This document shows, one piece after another, positions 33,932 to 52,289 of a DNA stretch of 64,000 nt (position 1 is its first letter; the number at the start of each line of letters is the position of its first letter). The notes under the pieces were generated by a model, which saw only the letters and a program-made list of their open reading frames with translations, was not told where the DNA came from and made no database searches. Origin of the DNA: Macrostomum lignano. Its lineage: Eukaryota. Made by a program: the position numbers and the translations under genes. Location of the stretch: positions 135,727-199,726 of the forward strand of contig NIVC01001739.1 of the NCBI GenBank assembly GCA_002269645.1, in the 5' to 3' direction.

Positions 33932-35055
33932 ATGACGCGAGCCATTGGAGACGTGGATCAAAATCAACTGGACGCTATCGTGGCATCCGAGACAAACCGT
34001 CTCGTGTTACGCGATGGCAGCTCCAGCAGCAACGGTGCGAGACCGCATCATTCTCCGCCTGCGCCTGTCGTTTCTGCGCCAGCTGAGACTTCGTCGACAT
34101 CAGCGGCTGAAGCTCTAGCTCCGGGCATCGTGGGAGCGGTGGCTTTTTTCGCGGTGATGTTTGCTCTGGTGGCAGCGTATTGGCGCTGCGGTCGTCTCGA
34201 TGACGATCGACGCAGACGAATTCGACGTCGATGCCCGCGCACACCGGCTGTGGCCAGCGAGACCGAGGGTAGCGGCTGTCGGATTACAATTAACCCGTTG
34301 GAAGAGGAGATTGAGGTTTGCTTTACGTCATTGGCTTTGATACTTTGTTTTCATAGCAAGTTTACACGCAATAAAAGCTCATAGCAACAAAATGCGTATT
34401 ATGTCGTAGCTACCATCATAATCCTAACAGCTACCAGAGGCCCGTTTTTGTTACTAAATAAGTAGTAATAGTAATGTTAGCCTTGTATTTCCAACTTCTG
34501 AGTTGCAGATGAAGCAATTAAACGTTTTGGTCAGAGTCTTTGAAAGCTGACTGCACAGCGTTGAATGCGTACCTCAGAAGTCTGTGACAATCACACATAG
34601 TATGACTTTAACTTCGCCAATTCAACCAGATGAAGCCTAGAGCTCCGGGTGTCCAACCGGGACTGACAAAGTTGTCCAGCAGCCGCCAGCACTCCAAAAA
34701 CGTCGACAACCAGAACGACGCGAGTGACGACTTCGACGATCTTGCTTCGCTACTATCATCTTCAACATCCTCCGGAAGTAGCTGCGACGGCGACAGCAGC
34801 AGCGGCGAAGACGAGGAAGTCGACGCGAACTGCGAGCAGTGCCGTCGGGAAGCTCGGCTGGCCAGCCCGGAGGAGGCGGCAGCTGACAGCGAAGAGGAGG
34901 AGGACGACGAAGACTGCTGCTTTGATGCGACCGATCACGACATCGGGTTCGCCGACGAGGATGAAGATGAGGTCGCTGCTGATCAAGCTGATGGCGTCGC
35001 GTGTGATGCAGCTGGATCTGAGTCTGTTCGGCTGATTCGTGGCGGGGCCTGCTAG
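33932..35055 (+). CDS. Single-pass membrane protein with an acidic cytoplasmic tail, ~269 aa, unknown function
   Basis: Exons 33932-34315 and 34630-35055 join in phase 0. TM segment GIVGAVAFFAVMFALVAAYW, then an Arg cluster, ITINPLEEE, and an Asp/Glu/Ser-rich tail. Upstream exons may exist. Confidence 0.6.
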
Positions 35056-35619
35056 ACTGCGGAGTTGCAGTGACTCCGACAAACCTGCGCGCTTGTACAC
35101 TAAATTCTATTAATTAGATTTGAAAATATTAACAATTTTTAAAAACTGAAAGTCCGAAATTATTTTCTGTGTCGGTTACAAGTTGACCAATTTGATCTAA
35201 AAAATGACATCATTATTGAATTTTGAGACTAAAACGTTATATGCGCTTTCTAAGCTTGCGTAATATTGAAATGCGCGTTATTTTACGACCTAGTACTCTA
35301 TTGAGCTATCAAATTGTAACAACCACTTAGTAGCCCAAATGTTGCTATTCGCTAGAATTTAGCCATTTGCTTTTATAAAAAGACCAAGCCAACCCATTTT
35401 CGTATTTTAGAAAACAAAATATACTTTTTATTTATCTACGCTTAAACGTCCAGATATATGCCTGCCCTACTACTTACAGGTCTCTACGATGCAAAATTCA
35501 ATATACGCTCGTAAACAACCGGCTCAGTTTAATGCAAAGAGGACTTCTCTTAATATGAGATGAACTATAAATGTAAGTTCGGCAGGAAAAATGGAAGAAA
35601 CTTACATTTTAAATCCATT

Positions 35620-35950
35620 AGTTGACTTCCGTGAAGACTTTGCTGGAGACTATGATCCTAATCGACTTTCGAGAGAAGATGTGGAAGAATTTTTCGATAA
35701 GGACTGACTCAGTATGACTCGAATGACCCGAACTTCGAGAAATCTGCGGCAACTTGGACGACATTGGGGATCTGAACAAGAGCACATAGTCGCCGAATGC
35801 TCTCAAGAGAAACAAGTGGGCCGTTGGAGTGTTCAACCGTTGGCTTCAGGAGTCGAAAATCGAGTGCAATGTGCCGATCGAAGACATGAACGACTCTGAT
35901 TTGAATTCCCTGCTGCCAGTACTCGTATTTGTTCACGAAGTCACTAAGAT
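35620..35950 (+). pseudogene. Crypton/DUF3504-like tyrosine-recombinase transposon N-terminal fragment
   Basis: NKST*SPNALKRNKWAVGVFNRWL..PIEDMNDSDLNSLLP..FVHEVTK resembles the T.WAv.vF..W..eLn..L..F..evRK core-binding segment. Contains an in-frame stop at 35787 and has no catalytic domain. Confidence 0.5.
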
Positions 35951-36735
35951 TCTATTCTGCTGCTCAATGTGCCCGATAACTCTTGCAAACTGTTTTCATA
36001 TATCCCTCGTTTGACTTTATATCTTCATAACCTCCCGGAAAATGGACTTTAAAGTTTAAATTAAGTTTAGTGCCACAAGTTACACAGTGCCAGAAGTTCA
36101 TAGTTCCTATTTAGTACTATTGACTGGCCAGCCCCTGGGCTTCGTTGGTCACAGTAAGTTCCTATTGGCAGCAGCTATTGAAGTATCATATCTGGTTTCC
36201 AACCAAAGCAAACAAACTGCCTCGCAGGATTCGGCTTTGGCATGCAATCAGCCAGTCAGCCAGACCGTTAATCGCAGTTGATAAGTCGGATAGTTGGGAC
36301 TTGTGGACGATATGCTAAGATTGGGGATTTGCGGCTGTCATTTATTGATTATCAGCTGCTGGCACTGCGGCCGATACGAGCGTCGAGAGAATGCAAAGAG
36401 CGCGTGCTCTCCACTGACTCGAGCGGCTTTCAAACCCCGTCTGGATATCGGATTTTAAATGCTTCCGACAGGAATGTGTGCGCGTCTAGCGTATGTGAAT
36501 TTTTTAATGGAATGGCAATTGCAATCTTTTATTGCATTTATATGACATGGAGATGAAATGAGAAGTGCAGTGTTAATAGGACGTGCTTCAGTTCATTTTA
36601 TTTGAAGTACAGATATAAATATTCACCGAAATAGAATAGTCTCAGTGTACGCGTCCGAATAGGAATACGGTTGCTAATCTGAACCATTTTACGCTTCCAC
36701 TTTCCACCTTGAGAACTGGAACCACCAGGCTGTGC

Positions 36736-36845
36736 CACAGACATGTAAAGTCCAAAAGAAAGTCAATTGGGCGTTTGTCAGCCACTCACTCTCAGGCTCT
36801 TTGGGTAAGAGCCATTTTAGAGTCCTTGTGTTTATATGGTCTGTG
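36736..36845. mobile_element. 110-bp MITE-like element with CACAGAC termini
   Basis: Starts CACAGACATGTAAA and ends TTTATATGGTCTGTG. No clear TSD. Confidence 0.45.
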
Positions 36846-37032
36846 CACTGACTAAGCATCAAATTCTCCGAATGGAGCAGAAGTCGAAAAGGTGCTCAGA
36901 TTAGGAATTCAATATTTTCCTTCATCCATGGTTAAAATTTGTTATTTGTTTTTACAAGTATACGAGTGAGACGAATGTGTTTTATAGGTCAAACGTTAAT
37001 ATCCGACGAAGTTGCATGCCAGAGAGCGCTGA

Positions 37033-40000
37033 TTATCGTCTTCTTAGACGATGATTCCGACCGAACAGGATCTTGCTGAACGCGTGACGGAAATCCGGCG
37101 AGAACACCGTGTAGATGATCGGGTTGAGTAGGCTGTTGGCGTACCCGAGCCACTGGATGACCGCGTGACCAGTTTCCGAGAGAAACGAATCGCAAACTGC
37201 GTGGTTGAAGGGACAAAACGAAGCGTGGACAAAGAATGGTAGCCAGCAGATCAGAAAGCAACCGGTCACCACCGCCAGAGTTCTGGCGGCTCTCCTCTCT
37301 CGAGCTTGAGCCACTCTCGATCGGCGTCGATAATCTCGATTTTCATCCACAACTGGCCGATTTCCTGTCGTTGGGACCGGTTGAGCTGAACCGGTTGAGG
37401 CATCAGGTGAGTCTATAGAGGTCTCTGTCTGTCTTTTGAATAGTTTCAGTCGCTGTGCTGATTTAGGGAAGCTATTGAGTCGAGCATTTTCACCCGAGCG
37501 AAAAGACGACAATATCCCAACGCTGCCGCCACTTCCAGCACTGACTCCGCTGCAGCTGGGCGTCGATAAGCCGATCGCGTTAATTGAAACTTGCTTAAAG
37601 CCTTTTTTACGAATTCGGCGCTTAACAGCTTTATAAATAGCTAAATAAATGGCTAGAATGAACAGCATTGGCAGGTAAAAAGCTCCGATAGTGGAGAACG
37701 CCGTGTAGCCCGGCTCCTCATTTATCGAGCAATTGTCTACGCTAATAGACCGGCTGTCACGGGATGGATAAAACCTGGCCGGAACGCTGATGACGGCACT
37801 GATGAGCCAGGTAAGAGCGATCACTAGGCAGATTCTGCTAGCCGATTGAGAGCGAACGTACTTCACGTTGGTGACAGCCCAGTACCGGTCGAGTGCGATG
37901 CCTACTAGATGTAAAATAGAAGCTGTGCAGCACAGGACATCCAGGCAAATCCATAAATCACACAGGTGAACACCTACAAGGAAAAGTGAGTTCGTGTGAC
38001 AGAGTATCATGTGGCGTCTGCAATCAGAAAATAATGGCTTGCTCTTTTCTTTCCAAACGCGCTTATCATTCTGTAGTGACGATTATTCTGGATGGCGGAC
38101 CGACCAGATAGCAGCTAGTGAGCTTTATTGCTCAAACGAGGGAAACTTCTGCACGGACCAATCTTTGCAAAAGCAAATTATATATGAAAAATACGCTCGT
38201 AATAATGCATTTTAGACCAGTTTTTTGGCAAGAGGATCTGAACTCAATGGCTTCTTCTACTTGACGGATGGCTCCTGGAATATTTTTCCTATCAGTCGGT
38301 CAATTTTGATGAACTTCCGCCAGCTGCTCACAAATTCTCTCTGTGTAGACTGCCGATAGGAATGCTGAGTCCTAAGTGCAATTAGCGTCTCGAATCTCCA
38401 GGTGCCAGAGAGCAGCTCTTTCCGGCTCGGATAATGACGAGTTCGAATAGCGCACCTGGCCCCACTATAAGAACCGGAAACTCTTTTTCCAGGCACCTTA
38501 AGTATTCGAACTCAGGTCGCACTGTCTAGTGCAGAGAAACAATTTGCTAAGAAATAAATTGGAAATGCGTCACTCCATAATTTTTGTCTAATCAGCTTTG
38601 ACTGATACGAGTATAGGTAGGTGACAGAGACAGGGATATGTATTGCAAAAAAGCATTTACCGAGCCACCAAGACTTCGACATGTGCTTGAGCGCGCAGAC
38701 AGGCATCACCAGTATGGCCACCATGAGATCGGCAATGGCGAGGCTGATCAGCAAGTAGTTCGACACGCTCTGAGAGGGTTTTTAGAACAAATCGTGAAAG
38801 TTTAAATAGAAAATTTATTGCTATATCAATTCATAAATTTACGCTCGTACTAACAAAATTTAACTGTCTACTGTCGAAAAGCTGCCAACAAATTGATTAA
38901 AATTAGCCTTTGAGATTTATGTTTTAATTCAAATCCAGCACTACTAATTGTAGCCTTTTTCGAAGAGACGTACAGGATGTTTCATCCTGCTTTCGAAGAG
39001 ACGTACAGGATGTTTCATTCTGCTTTCGAAGAGACGTACAGGATGTTTCATCCTGCTTTCGAAGAGACGTACAGATGTTTCATCCTGCTTTCGAAGAGAC
39101 GTACAGGATGTTCCATTCTGGTTTCGAAGAGACGTACAGGATGTTTCATCCTGCTTTCGAAGAGACGTACAGGATGTTTCATCCTGCTTTCCTAGAGACG
39201 TACAGGATGTTCATCCTGCTCTCGAAGAGACGTACAGGATGTTCCATCCTGCTTTCGAAGAGACGTACAGATGTTTCATCCTGCTTTCGAAGAGACGTAC
39301 AGGATGTTCCATTCTGGTTTCGAAGAGACGTACAGGATGTTCCATCCTGCTTTCGAAGAGACGTACAGGATGTTCCATCCTGCTTTCGAAGAGACGTACA
39401 GGATGTTCCATCCTGCTCTCGAAGAGACGTACAGGATGTTCCATCCTGCTCTCGAAGAGACGTACAGGATGTTCCATCCTGCTTTCGAAGAGACGTACAG
39501 GATGTTTCATCCTGCTTTCGTAGAGACGTACAGGATGTTCATCCTGCTCTCGAAGAGACGTACAGGATGTTTCATCCTGCTTTCGAATAGAAGTACAGGA
39601 TGTTCCATCCTGCTTTCGAAGAGAAGTACAGGATATTCCATCCTGCTTTCGAAGAGACGTACAGGATGTTCCATCCAATACTCCTACAGACGTCAAGTTG
39701 TTTTGGTTGTACTTTTACAGAGGTAAGAGCGGTCTAGGGTGTACCAATTTTCAATAACCTACGCAGTAGTAGCCTCAAGCGCAAGTTCATAAGTACACTG
39801 AGTACCTGTTGTTGAACATTCATAGATTTCCACGCTGCAAATTTTAGTGCCAATACATATGCGTAAGAAAAGTCGCACAAAGTCCATCAACTCACCTGCA
39901 AGTTGCGTTCTAGAACAATAGCAGCAATAACAAACACATTTCCCACAATGGTGGCTAGAATTATGATTCCAAGTGCCAAAGCGATTGTGGTAGCCTCTGG

Positions 40001-40063
40001 CGGTTCGTAGCGCCATTGGAACTGGGCGATACTCGGTGCAGAACTGAGATTGGCGGCTTCCAT
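37033..40063 (-). CDS. Aminergic class A GPCR, 5-HT1-like serotonin receptor, 3 exons, ~405 aa
   Basis: Exons 40063-39896, 38769-38661 and 37973-37033. Motifs TIVGNVFVIAAIVLERNLQSVSNYL, LAIADL, D3.32 in LDVLCCTASI, DRY, FSTIGAFYLP, RERRAARTL, CWLPFF and WLGYANSLLNPIIY. Confidence 0.9.
38960..39680. repeat. 33-bp minisatellite in GPCR intron 1
   Basis: Unit TTTCGAAGAGACGTACAGGATGTTCCATCCTGC, containing the hairpin CAGGATG-TTC-CATCCTG. Confidence 0.95.
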
Positions 40064-40756
40064 TGCTCAATTATCTAAGACTCACTTTTTGCTCTCCCTC
40101 GGCAAGATAAAATTGGGACTCATTTCTACATGAGCCTATTTATCAACATCGCAAGTCTCTGATGGACTGCGAGAGTCTTCAATGACTCTCATTGGACGCT
40201 GAAATCGCAGTTACATGTAATCCCTGCTCAGCAGCAGTAGTACTACGCAGTAGTACTTTAAGCAATAATCGATCCATTTTAATGGGAAACGTGTGTCCAT
40301 CAGTTCATGCATATTCACGATCAGGGTTGCTCCGCAGGTTCATTATTCGGTTCATCAATTATGCAGAATGCGCTCAAAAGAGAATACATTATTTCGAACT
40401 CGTGTTTGATGGTTCGAATTTAGCTTCAAATTGCATCAGCGAGATAAAAATACCGTCTATTAATTTTCTATTTTTTAATTCTCGATTCTAAATTTGCTAA
40501 TCGAGCATGCATGGACAGCTGATTTACAATCAGATTACAATATGCATTCGCGGGATCCATGTAGGAAGCTTCCAGTTTTTGAGAAGTAATTTTCACAATG
40601 TCTGCCACGAATGGACTTTCCAATTCCAAATGAAGCAAGACTGTGTTTATCAAGCCATTTTTTGTTTCATGAAATGCTATCGAAGACCGGAAAGCAAGCA
40701 AAGTTCTCACCTGTTTCACCTGTTCTTGTCTCTTCAGTGCAGGGGTCGACAAATGT

Positions 40757-41385
40757 TTTTTTACCTTAGAGGCCAGATAGAGACCCTAAAGCACGGCTGC
40801 CAGAGGGGAGGAGTGGGGGAGAGGAGAGGAGAGGAGAGGAGAGGAGAGGAGAGGAGAGGAGAGGAGAGGAGAGGAGAGGAGAGGAGAGGAGAGGAGAGGA
40901 GAGGAGAGGAGAGGAGAGGAGAGGAGAGGAGAGGAGAGGAGAGGAGAGGAGAGGAGAGGAGAGGAGAGGAGAGGAGAGGAGAGGAGAGGAGAGGAGAGGA
41001 GAGGAGAGGAGAGGAGAGGAGAGGAGAGGAGAGGAGAGGAGAGGAGAGGAGAGGAGAGGAGAGGAGAGGAGAGGAGAGGAGAGGAGAGGAGAGGAGAGGA
41101 GAGGAGAGGAGAGGAGAGGAGAGGAGAGGAGAGGAGAGGAGAGGAGAGGAGAGGAGAGGAGAGGAGAGGAGAGGAGAGGAGAGGAGAGGAGAGGAGAGGA
41201 GAGGAGAGGAGAGGAGAGAGGAGAGGAGAGGAGAGGAGAGGAGAGGAGAGGAGAGGAGAGTGCTGAGAAGAGACACAAATCTTGAGATTGACATTGTGAA
41301 CTTGTAAAGTTTCAGAGGATCTGATGGCCGGTTACAGAGGCTTATCAGGCCGCATTTAGCCAGCGAACCGAAGTTTCTCGACCCC
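40757..41385. mobile_element. Dispersed GA-rich element containing an expanded (GAGAG)n array at 40819-41258
   Basis: Flanks align with 19561-19805. Contains ~440 bp of near-perfect pentamer repeat. Confidence 0.6.
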
Positions 41386-42117
41386 TGCTTAAAGTGCATT
41401 CGAATTAGTCTTTAGCGAAACCCGATTTAGCCTTATTTTTTTAAAGACAGAATTTTGCATGTTTACAGAATCGCAAAAAAGAACGATTTTATACTTTATT
41501 TTATACTAATATTTTCGTCCCAACTACTGCACGAATTGCGAACGTAGTTGTAATCAATTGAAAATAAATTGGAATTACGAGCTATAATTTCAGTCTCGAT
41601 GTCTAAAATTTGAAACAGTTCCATAAAGAAAAATTCAGCGCATGAACCTAAATGCGAAAATATTTTCAGGCTAGAATTTAATCAAATAAAGGCGTACATT
41701 GCCCCAGCTGACAGTTCATCGGTATAACAAAACAGCCGATAATAGAAGGCGAGAATGAGAGGCTGCTTGTAAAATATGGCTGCCTATTATTGTAGGTGGA
41801 CGGTCGTATGAGCTGAAAAAAGGACGAGAATATTCTACTGTTCTCAAGCCTGTGAGTCTGTTTCTCATCTTCAATTGAGTACACCCCCCCCCAGGTATCT
41901 AGCCATTGTCTTTAGTCTGGTAAACCCATTCCTATGCTAGCATCCACATTCTACACTGGATATAAGAATGAGACGGCTCGCCTTCACATCCATGTTTTGC
42001 TTTTTCCGTTTTGCTGTGTTTAGAAAACGGCATAATTTTTACTCCACTCTGTTTGTATCCACACTCAAATAAGTATTACTTTGTCTAGGATATTACTGGA
42101 GTGGAGACAGCCTGATC

Positions 42118-47210
<5,093 letters not shown>

Positions 47211-49468
47211 TAACTATATTCATTGCTTTCCGAAAATTTTTTATGTATACATGTACGTGTGAACCTATAAAAGCCAGTACACATGTGAATAACATGCAAT
47301 TTAATCTACTTTTCGTCATACATTTCTTTATTTGTTGTAACTAATCGTAAATTTAAGTAGTACGAGTACATCATATAATTTTACCTATGTAAAAAGGTTC
47401 AATTAAAACACATTTTTAGTGTAAGCACAGATACTATAGTTATTATAGTATCTGTGAGTGTAAGTTCTTAAAGCCGATCACGGTTGTCTGAGTAGAGATT
47501 CCTTTCTTGAGCGCCGAAAAAATTCCTAACTTCTCAAATTCATTATTGTAAAATGCATGCATGACCCTGAATACAGTATCTGCATTGATCCACTTCTTAG
47601 ACTAGTAGAATTCCTCTTCCATATCCATCACAAATATTATCTGTGGTTTAAGATAGCTAGAAGAGTAGAAGATGAAAGATTGGTTTTTTAGTTCTTTAGA
47701 TAACGATTTTAGCGTAGCGCACCGTCGACTCTCGTCATATGCACCCGGCCGAGCCAGAGCAGCTAGTACATTTACCTAATTTTGTCATTTTTAAAGGGAG
47801 CTGGACCCTACGCAAAAAACGACTTCATTTCAAGGGTTGCAGAGAGTTCCAAACGAGCGTATTTTTCAATTAAATCAATGGTAATGAATGCATAAATCAT
47901 TTCTCTAATGACCAGCCAGTGGGATAAAAAATTCGCAGGCCATGATCTAGCTCCCTCCAAGCCGCGAGTTTTTCTACGGCGCTATCTGTTTTCCTCAGCC
48001 TCAGCAACTTTATATACTGTACCTGCAGTCTGCATGGTAGAGATGAAAAGCGTGCCTGCCTATTTTTTTAGTATAACTGATGTAAGCGCGCACACATGCA
48101 AATGCGAAATTCGTGGCAGAACACAAGCGAGCAGACAATTTTGATGGCAGAGCTACAAGTGCGCAGACAATTTTGATGGCAAAAACAAAAGCGCGCAGAA
48201 AATTTTGATTGCAGAGACAGAAGTGTGGAGACGTTGTATTGTTATAAAGCACTTACAAACTTTTTATTTTCGTTTTTAAAATGCAAATTTTCCGTGAAAA
48301 CTTTTCCAATAATTAGGCGGCAGACGGAATTCCTCTCTTTGAGAAATTGAGCGCAGAGGTCTTTGGCGGGTAAAAGTTAAAAATGCGTTTTTTACTATTC
48401 CAGTGTTTTATATTTACAACTTATTTCTAATTTTTTATATTTCAAATATGATTAGATTTGACTTTAAAAGATTTTAAAGGCGAGTGAGTTCATTGCAAGC
48501 AACTTGCAATTGCAAGTGACATGTGTGTTTTCTGGGCAGCTAGGCCATATACTGCTATAGGCCGCGAACAAAGTGTATTACGGGTGGTGCGATGACATTG
48601 AAATTCAGGAGTTGTGCCGTGCGGCTAGTTAATTTAAACCCTCAACTTGTCTTTTTTATTGGTGTGGCTTACCTGCTGAATGTTTTTTAAAGTTTAATTC
48701 TCGTAAGGGGGGCGGTGGTCTACTTAAACTTCTTATAACTTTTGACTATCTAATGTCAAATTATAGTTTATTGTACAAGGGGTTCTCCCCTGCTTGTTAA
48801 TGTTATTTTATGCTAATACTTGTTCTCCATTTGTTCTGCTGTTTCTGTCTTTGTTGGCAATAAATTTGATTTATGTTCTAAATTATTTTCTTAATATTTC
48901 TGGCATTTTTAAATAGACAATTCAGCAACCTGCTTCATTTTCCTACTTTGGACTATTACCCCATGTGACTTGTTGACTTATTATTATCTACCATGTTGTA
49001 TACTACTATTAATTTGTCAAACCCGAGAATTTAAGTTAGGCCCCTAAAGATAGAAATAGATGCTAATTTTTAAAATGAGCTTTATTGTACAAGTATTTAA
49101 TGGCTAGATGCCTACACCTAATAAAATGGGAGGGGCCAAACTAGGGGGTATAATTTAGTGGTCAGAATATCAGACTTACAACTGAAAAAAGACTGGAAAT
49201 TAAAGTCTATTTGGAAAAATTTGTCTTTAAACCAGACAATTAACTTTGTATTACATTAGTTAGACCTAACTTGGCTATAAAATTGGTATTACTAGCATTA
49301 GCTAGAAATCTATGATAATTGAAGATGTGTATTGCAACCACCAATCCTTGGACTAAATAGCTATGTATAGCCTTCAGATGTATTGCATAAGCACAATGGT
49401 AGAGTGCCTATAGCTAATAGCTGTGGCTAAGTTTTTGGTTGCATATTAGGGCATTTATTATATATTAC

Positions 49469-49521
<53 letters not shown>

Positions 49522-51311
49522 ACTATTATTAATATTAATACCTAGTCCTAGGCCTAATGCTTTTAAATAGCCTAAAATGTTTTGGGATGTTTTAAATTTA
49601 TTTTAAACCCTAAACTAATAAGTTAATTGATTTAAGCCTATCTGAATCTAGTAAATGAAACTATGTATTTGTAAAGAGTATGGTTGTAATGTTGTATTTT
49701 TCTATGAATATGCATTTTACCATTATAATTTAGAGCATTCTGGGGTATATTTTTTGAAACAGATTGATAAAAAATAATTTGTTCTTAGGCCTCTATATAC
49801 ACAGCTAGGCCTATAGGAATTTTAACTTTTTATAAGTAATATGTTTTTTATTATAATAGTATAATCTAAGAAAGTGTTGCTAAATTTGCTAGAAAAAAAC
49901 TTTTAGATGTTCTTTATTAGGCCCTTTATGCCAAGATGAAAAAGGAGGGAAAGAAAATTGAAAATAAGAGAAAAAAGAAGACAGATAAGACAAAACATGG
50001 GGTGAGAGAAGACATAAAAGATAAGAAAGTTGGCAAAAATCAAAGGTAATTTTTATCTGAAAGCAAACATGTATTGTTTACAACCTATTTTTGATTTTAG
50101 TATGCATAATACTAATTTAATTTGATTTTATTCATTTTCTACTTTTGAATCGCTGTTACAACCTACTTAAAAAATTCAAACAAAAATAAGTAAAAAATAG
50201 ACAAATTTTAGCTATTTCAGTTTTTATACCTTTGCATAACTATTAAAGTCAATGCATAAATTCATATTGAGATATTTTATTGATACCTATGAACTCTCTT
50301 AATAACACTTTATGCTATCTTTTTGCCAAAACTAATCAGGGAATATCTCGAAAAATGTCTTCTGCCCTAAAACCAAACTTTGGCTTGGATAGAAAAACAA
50401 GCAGCACATCTCCATATCAGTTTTCTGACTTGGCCTCCCTGAATTCTGTGCATAGCAATGCTGCAATTCGCTGGGAAGATTATTTTGATGAGCCAACTGG
50501 AACAGCCATTGCACCACCCACCTCACTAAGCTACAGATTGTTATCTGATTTTGGCATCAGCCCTGCTATTATTCAACAAATGAAAGTGGAGCTGTTCTAC
50601 TGCTGTAGCAGTTGTGATTTTGGCTGTCAGCTATGCTTGAACACTACTAAAAGTAGTGCCAGTCTAGAGCTAACTTCAACAAGAACTGCGACACAAACCT
50701 GCTCAGTACGTTTAAAGAGGCCAGCTGTGATCATTCAACATGGACAGCCCAGGAAGAGCCAACTTGGATAAACTGCCAAGGATATGTATAACCTGCATAT
50801 TTTACATAGAATTGCCTCATACTAAATTTGTAATCAGAGAAACAGTTTTTTAAATGATGATTTTTATCAAGCATATAAGCTGCTATATTACAGACTATTG
50901 TGTTAACAAAACTCTGTGATAAAAAGATTTTTACAATTGGTTATTATTAATACTGACAATATGCCTCTTCCAATCTGATCATTGTAAAGCAACAACATTT
51001 TAAACTGTGAATTTTTAAATAAAACAAAACAATATATGCATAAATTAATCTGAAATGCCTTTTCTATCCATTACTACCGGGCAGTTGTAACATTGTCTGC
51101 TAATTTGTACACAACAAAAATTTCTATTTACATTTATTGGTGTTGATAAAGCTTCAAAATAAATACCAGCTCTAAACAATTTTGGCTACTTTTATTGTTA
51201 TAATTGTGAAAATGTTTTTTTTAATAAAGCTTAAAACATTTATCTCTTCTTTTAAAAGTAGTAGCTAGGATTATAAATTATTTTATGGACTCAAGAGATG
51301 AATATTGTATT

Positions 51312-51890
51312 CAAAGAGAGGCAGAGTCAAGCACTGAGGGAGTCGAGAGGCAGAGTCAAGCACTGAGGGAGTGGAGAGGCAGAGTCAAGCACAAGCACTG
51401 AGGGAGTCGAGAGGCAGAGTCAAGCACTGAGGGAGTGGAGAGGCAGAGTCAAGCACTGAGGGAGTGGAGAGGCAGAGTCAAGCACTGAGGGAGTGGAGAG
51501 GCAGAGTCAAGCACTGAGGGAGTCGAGAGGCAGAGTCAAGCACTGAGGGAGTGGAGAGGCAGAGTCAAGCACTGAGGGAGTGGAGAGGCAGAGTCAAGCA
51601 CTGAGGGGGGAGTGGAGAGGCAGAGTCAAGCACTGAGGGGGGAGTGGAGAGGCAGAGTCAAGCACTGAGGGGGGAGTGGAGAGGCAGAGTCAAGCACTGA
51701 CTGAGAGTTGAGTCGAGAGGCAGAGTCAAGCACTGAGGAAGTGGAGAGGCAGAGTCAAGCACTGAGGGGGGAGTGGAGAGGCAGAGTCAAGCACTGAGGG
51801 GGGAGTGGAGAGGCAGAGTCAAGCACTGAGGGGGGAGTGGAGAGGCAGAGTCAAGCACTGAGGGGGGAGTGGAGAGGCAGAGTCAAGCAC
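51312..51890. repeat. ~28-30-bp minisatellite
   Basis: Unit GAGAGGCAGAGTCAAGCACTGAGGG(GG)AGTG. Confidence 0.95.
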
Positions 51891-52289
51891 CCAGGAAAGT
51901 GGATTTCTATTTTTCCAGATACAATTGCTCAAATTTCTAAGAAGGAATTCGTGTCATATTTGTGTCTAACGCTCCTAATTATCTTGTCTGTCACTCTATA
52001 TCTTTCATATTTCTCTTGATAGAATCTGTCAATAATTTGGTTGCATTTCTGGTACGTCTCATCGGATCCGAAGGATATGGATTTGTCTTAAGTCGCACGC
52101 CAGTTAATCTGGTTAGACTGGCATGGATACACATTCGCACGGTTGCATACTTCGGCAAAACTAATTTAATGGAACCGAAGCAAGAGCGATTCAGGCGTAA
52201 AGGGGTGCGACTAACTCATTCCACTGTAGAATGGTCTTATCGTTTTTGTTAGAATAAATTGTCAAGTTCATTGTTTTCTTGCTATCTCC

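Noticed and set aside
38960-39680. CRISPR-like palindromic 33-bp repeats (also 20290-21200)
   Set aside because: The units are contiguous with no unique spacers, lie within eukaryotic introns, and have no cas genes nearby.
40507-41399. RRGEE- and SSPLL-repeat ORFs
   Set aside because: Translations of (GAGAG)n.
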